The translations under genes were made by a program, and so were the position numbers. A stretch of DNA of 63,625 nt, filler included. It is 9 parts of 9 records of this genome, joined end to end, with 100 filler letters (N's around TTAATTAATTAA, not from the genome) between each part and the next. Parts side by side here need not be neighbours in the genome. Positions count along the whole stretch, not along the records: positions 57,873 to 63,625 come from SRR31147125_54577; 8 more parts are not named here. One strand, written 5' to 3'. Of the stretch, positions 61,106-63,625 are shown piece after piece; position 1 is the first letter of the stretch; each line of letters starts with the position of its first letter. The notes below the pieces were generated by a model. The model did not search any database. It was not told the DNA's origin and saw nothing but the letters and a program-made list of their open reading frames with translations.

Positions 61106-61888
61106 ATGAACAAAAAAGTGTTTGGCATGATCACAATCGTTGTTATGACGTTGGTGCTGATCGAAAATGTATGTTCCGATACCATTAGAGCTGCGGGAAT
61201 TGTCTATTGTCCATATACGTGTGACGTAAGTAAAGATGGGCAAGACGGTTTCATGATCGATATTGCCAAAACCATCTTCCAAAAGGCCGGACATACGTAT
61301 ACTGTGACCATGTTCCCGTTTAAGCGTGCACTTGAGTACGTAAAAAGGGGACATTATGATGCATTGGCGATTTGTAACAAGGCCGATGTGCCTAAAGATG
61401 GGTTGATTTTTCCGGAAACGCCGATTGCAGTGATCAACAATACCTTTGCCATCAGAAAAGCTGACAACTGGACGTATGACGGGGTAAATTCCTTACGGAA
61501 GATCATGATCGGGACAGTTCTCGGATACACCTTCAAAGATGAAAAACTTAACCATTACCTGTTGGCGACGGACAAAGTGCAAAGAGTTTCCGGTATCGAC
61601 GTCACTGAGAGGAATCTCAAAAAACTGTTGGCCGGACGAATTGATGCCTATATAGACGATGGCAATATGATCATGAGAACTGCATTACAGATGAGAATCG
61701 TCAATAAGATAAAATTTGTAGGGATTGTCGACTCAACCCCTCACTATATCGGTTTTACTCCCGGGCAAGAAAAATCACTCAGATATGCCAGGATATTGAG
61801 CGACGGAATGAGAAACCTACGAGAAACCGGTGAGTTGGATATCATATTATCAGAATATGATCTGAAAGATTGGAAACATGAGGAATAG
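61106..61888 (+). CDS. Family-3 periplasmic substrate-binding protein
   Basis: AGGAG RBS, signal peptide, CPY, G..IDI, PFKRA....K.G..D, KLLAGRIDA. Confidence 0.85.
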   Translation: MNKKVFGMITIVVMTLVLIENVCSDTIRAAGIVYCPYTCDVSKDGQDGFMIDIAKTIFQKAGHTYTVTMFPFKRALEYVKRGHYDALAICNKADVPKDGLIFPETPIAVINNTFAIRKADNWTYDGVNSLRKIMIGTVLGYTFKDEKLNHYLLATDKVQRVSGIDVTERNLKKLLAGRIDAYIDDGNMIMRTALQMRIVNKIKFVGIVDSTPHYIGFTPGQEKSLRYARILSDGMRNLRETGELDIILSEYDLKDWKHEE

Positions 61889-61898
61889 ACCGTAGAAG

Positions 61899-63625
61899 TC
61901 ACACCGGAGTCAGACCGTATTTTTTCAGACGTCGGGCAATGGTAGGCTGGCTGACTCCCAATGCCTCTGAAATCAAGGTCTGGCTAGGGTATTTATTCAG
62001 GGCTTCGCTGAGAATCTGTTTTTCAACAATCTCAAGGATTTCCGGAAGGGATTTCTCACGGGTTTCAACAGGAATGGAGATCTGTCGATCAGCTGAACAG
62101 CGGACCACTTCCCCAGGCAGATCAGATTGATCGATAATGTCAGTCTCCGACATCACGACGATCCGTTCGCAAATATTCGTCAGTTCTCGAACATTTCCCG
62201 GATATGAGTATGACAGAAGCGTGTCCAGGGCTGTTCTGCTCAGCCGTTTTCTGACCTCGGCAATTTCCGAGAAATAATCGACATAATGTCGCAGAAGCGG
62301 AGCAATGCAGTCCAGTCTTTCTCTGAGCGGTGGGATATTTAACGGTATGACGTTCAATCGATAATATAGATCATGGCGGAAAGTCCCATCCGCTACCATC
62401 TGTTGTAAATCTCGATGGGTTGCGGCAAATATACGGGCATTCACCGTGAATGATCGGGAACCACCCAGCCGGGTTACCTTCCCGTTTTCAAGAAAGCGTA
62501 GCAATTTTACCTGGGCGGATAGAGGAAGTTCGGCGATTTCGTCCAGGAACAAACTGCCGTGGTCGGCCATTTCCAGAGAACCGGGTTTTCCACCGGCCTG
62601 TGCACCGGTGAAGGCACCGGCTTCATAACCGAATAATTCCGATTCCACCAGGGTTTCAGGAATGGCGCCGCAGTTGATCCGGATCAGCGGTTTGCCTGCT
62701 CTGGCAGAATGGTTGTGAATGAGGTTGACGATGAGACCTTTACCCGTACCGGATTCTCCGGTGATCAGGACCGATGAGTCAAATCCGCTCACTTTGTAGG
62801 CCCGTTCAACCACCTTGAGCATCGACATACTTCTGGCAATGACCCTATGGTTTTTCAGCTCGTTTACCTGAGCCTGGAGCAACTGCTGCTGAAGCTCATC
62901 CTTGATGAATGCCTGCTCTTCCAGCTCCCGCTGCAGCTGGTCAATCTGGGTAATATCCCGCTCACTGACCACCACCCGGATCAAGTTCCCCTGATCGTCA
63001 AATACCGGTGTCCCGGTTGAAATCAACTTGCGATCCCCCTTTTTTGGAGCAGAGTAACGCTTTTTCTACTCCGACTGGCCTGGAGGGCTGCAGAAGAGTC
63101 GATAAATCCTTCATCAATCAAATCTTTCATGTTTCGTCCCACCAAGTCTTTCTGTTCAGCATTGTGAATTCGCTCGGATGCCGGATTCATGCGGATCACA
63201 TTCGCCTGGCTATCACATACAAAAAGACCGTCGGATGATGAGTTGATGATGGCGTCCAACTCCCGACTCATGTTTCGGAAAAAACGCATTTTTCGGAGAA
63301 CGTTTTCAAATTCAATTTGCTCTCTGAGAACACAGGTGGTGCCGATCAAATCTTCACCGATTCTGATGGGATGGACATTGACTACATAATCATCTCCTTC
63401 CACCCGGACTTTAAAGTCGATCTGTGGTCGATCGCTGATCATGGCTTTTTCAACCCAGGGATTCAATTGAGGGAGTACCTTAATCAGACTTTGTTTCGGC
63501 GCTGTTCCCAGTTTTTCCCTTGCCTTCGAATTGGATAAAAAAATGATTCCCTGACGATCCACCGCCAGAATATAAGCGTTTGACGTGTCTACAAGGGCCT
63601 GATTGAAGGCACTCCAGTAGGGGGG
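61899..63625 (-). CDS. PAS-domain sigma54-dependent activator (TyrR-like HTH); frameshift near 63030-63046; 5' truncated
   Basis: PAS domains in ORF 63023-63562 join ISTGTPVFD. GESGTGK, ESELFGY..GAFTGA, FLDEI, YPGNVREL, C-terminal HTH. Confidence 0.9.

Noticed and set aside
1..63625. CRISPR array, rRNA, tRNA or riboswitch
   Set aside because: No regularly spaced repeat-spacer series and no recognisable structured RNA gene were seen in the intergenic regions. A covariance-model search was not possible.

Overview
This window is not one locus. It is nine unrelated contigs joined by eight identical 100-nt artificial linkers (44 N + TTAATTAATTAA + 44 N). GC content and gene style change at each join, consistent with a metagenome. 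Contig 1 (1-5408, GC-rich): DUF318-type permease pair, alpha/beta hydrolase, TonB-dependent receptor and a divergent AraC regulator. Contig 2 (5509-10973): hemL, the F0 ATP synthase genes, a nucleoside phosphorylase and rimO. Contig 3 (11074-24507): exosortase/EpsI-linked exopolysaccharide export locus followed by pstS-pstC. Contig 4 (24608-29718, Bacteroidota-like): TPR-TM-LuxR regulator, paired palindromic operators, a beta-helix protein, a stand-alone LuxR HTH and OmpA. Contig 5 (29819-35705, spirochaete-like): family-5 ABC transporter with duplicated binding proteins. Contig 6 (35806-41710, very low GC, Fusobacteriota-like): mreB, a GH15-like orphan, scpB, a pseudouridine synthase, pilT, a PabC-like gene and a PBP. 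Contig 7 (41811-49551, Bacteroidota-like): GH2, double GH43, GH106 and an IS256 scar. Contig 8 (49652-57772): Gfo/Idh/MocA, ThuA, TIM-barrel and HEAT cluster plus an IscU-methyltransferase fusion. Contig 9 (57873-63625): TRAP permeases, proline racemase, a binding protein and a sigma54 activator. About ten genes are split by single-base shifts at homopolymer runs, most likely sequencing errors. I saw no CRISPR array, rRNA or tRNA. The best novelty candidates are the IscU-methyltransferase fusion, the two-LuxR module with its ACTACCC-N4-GGGTAG operators, and the periplasmic glycoside-oxidation cluster with a HEAT protein. Taxonomic labels are inferences from sequence style.
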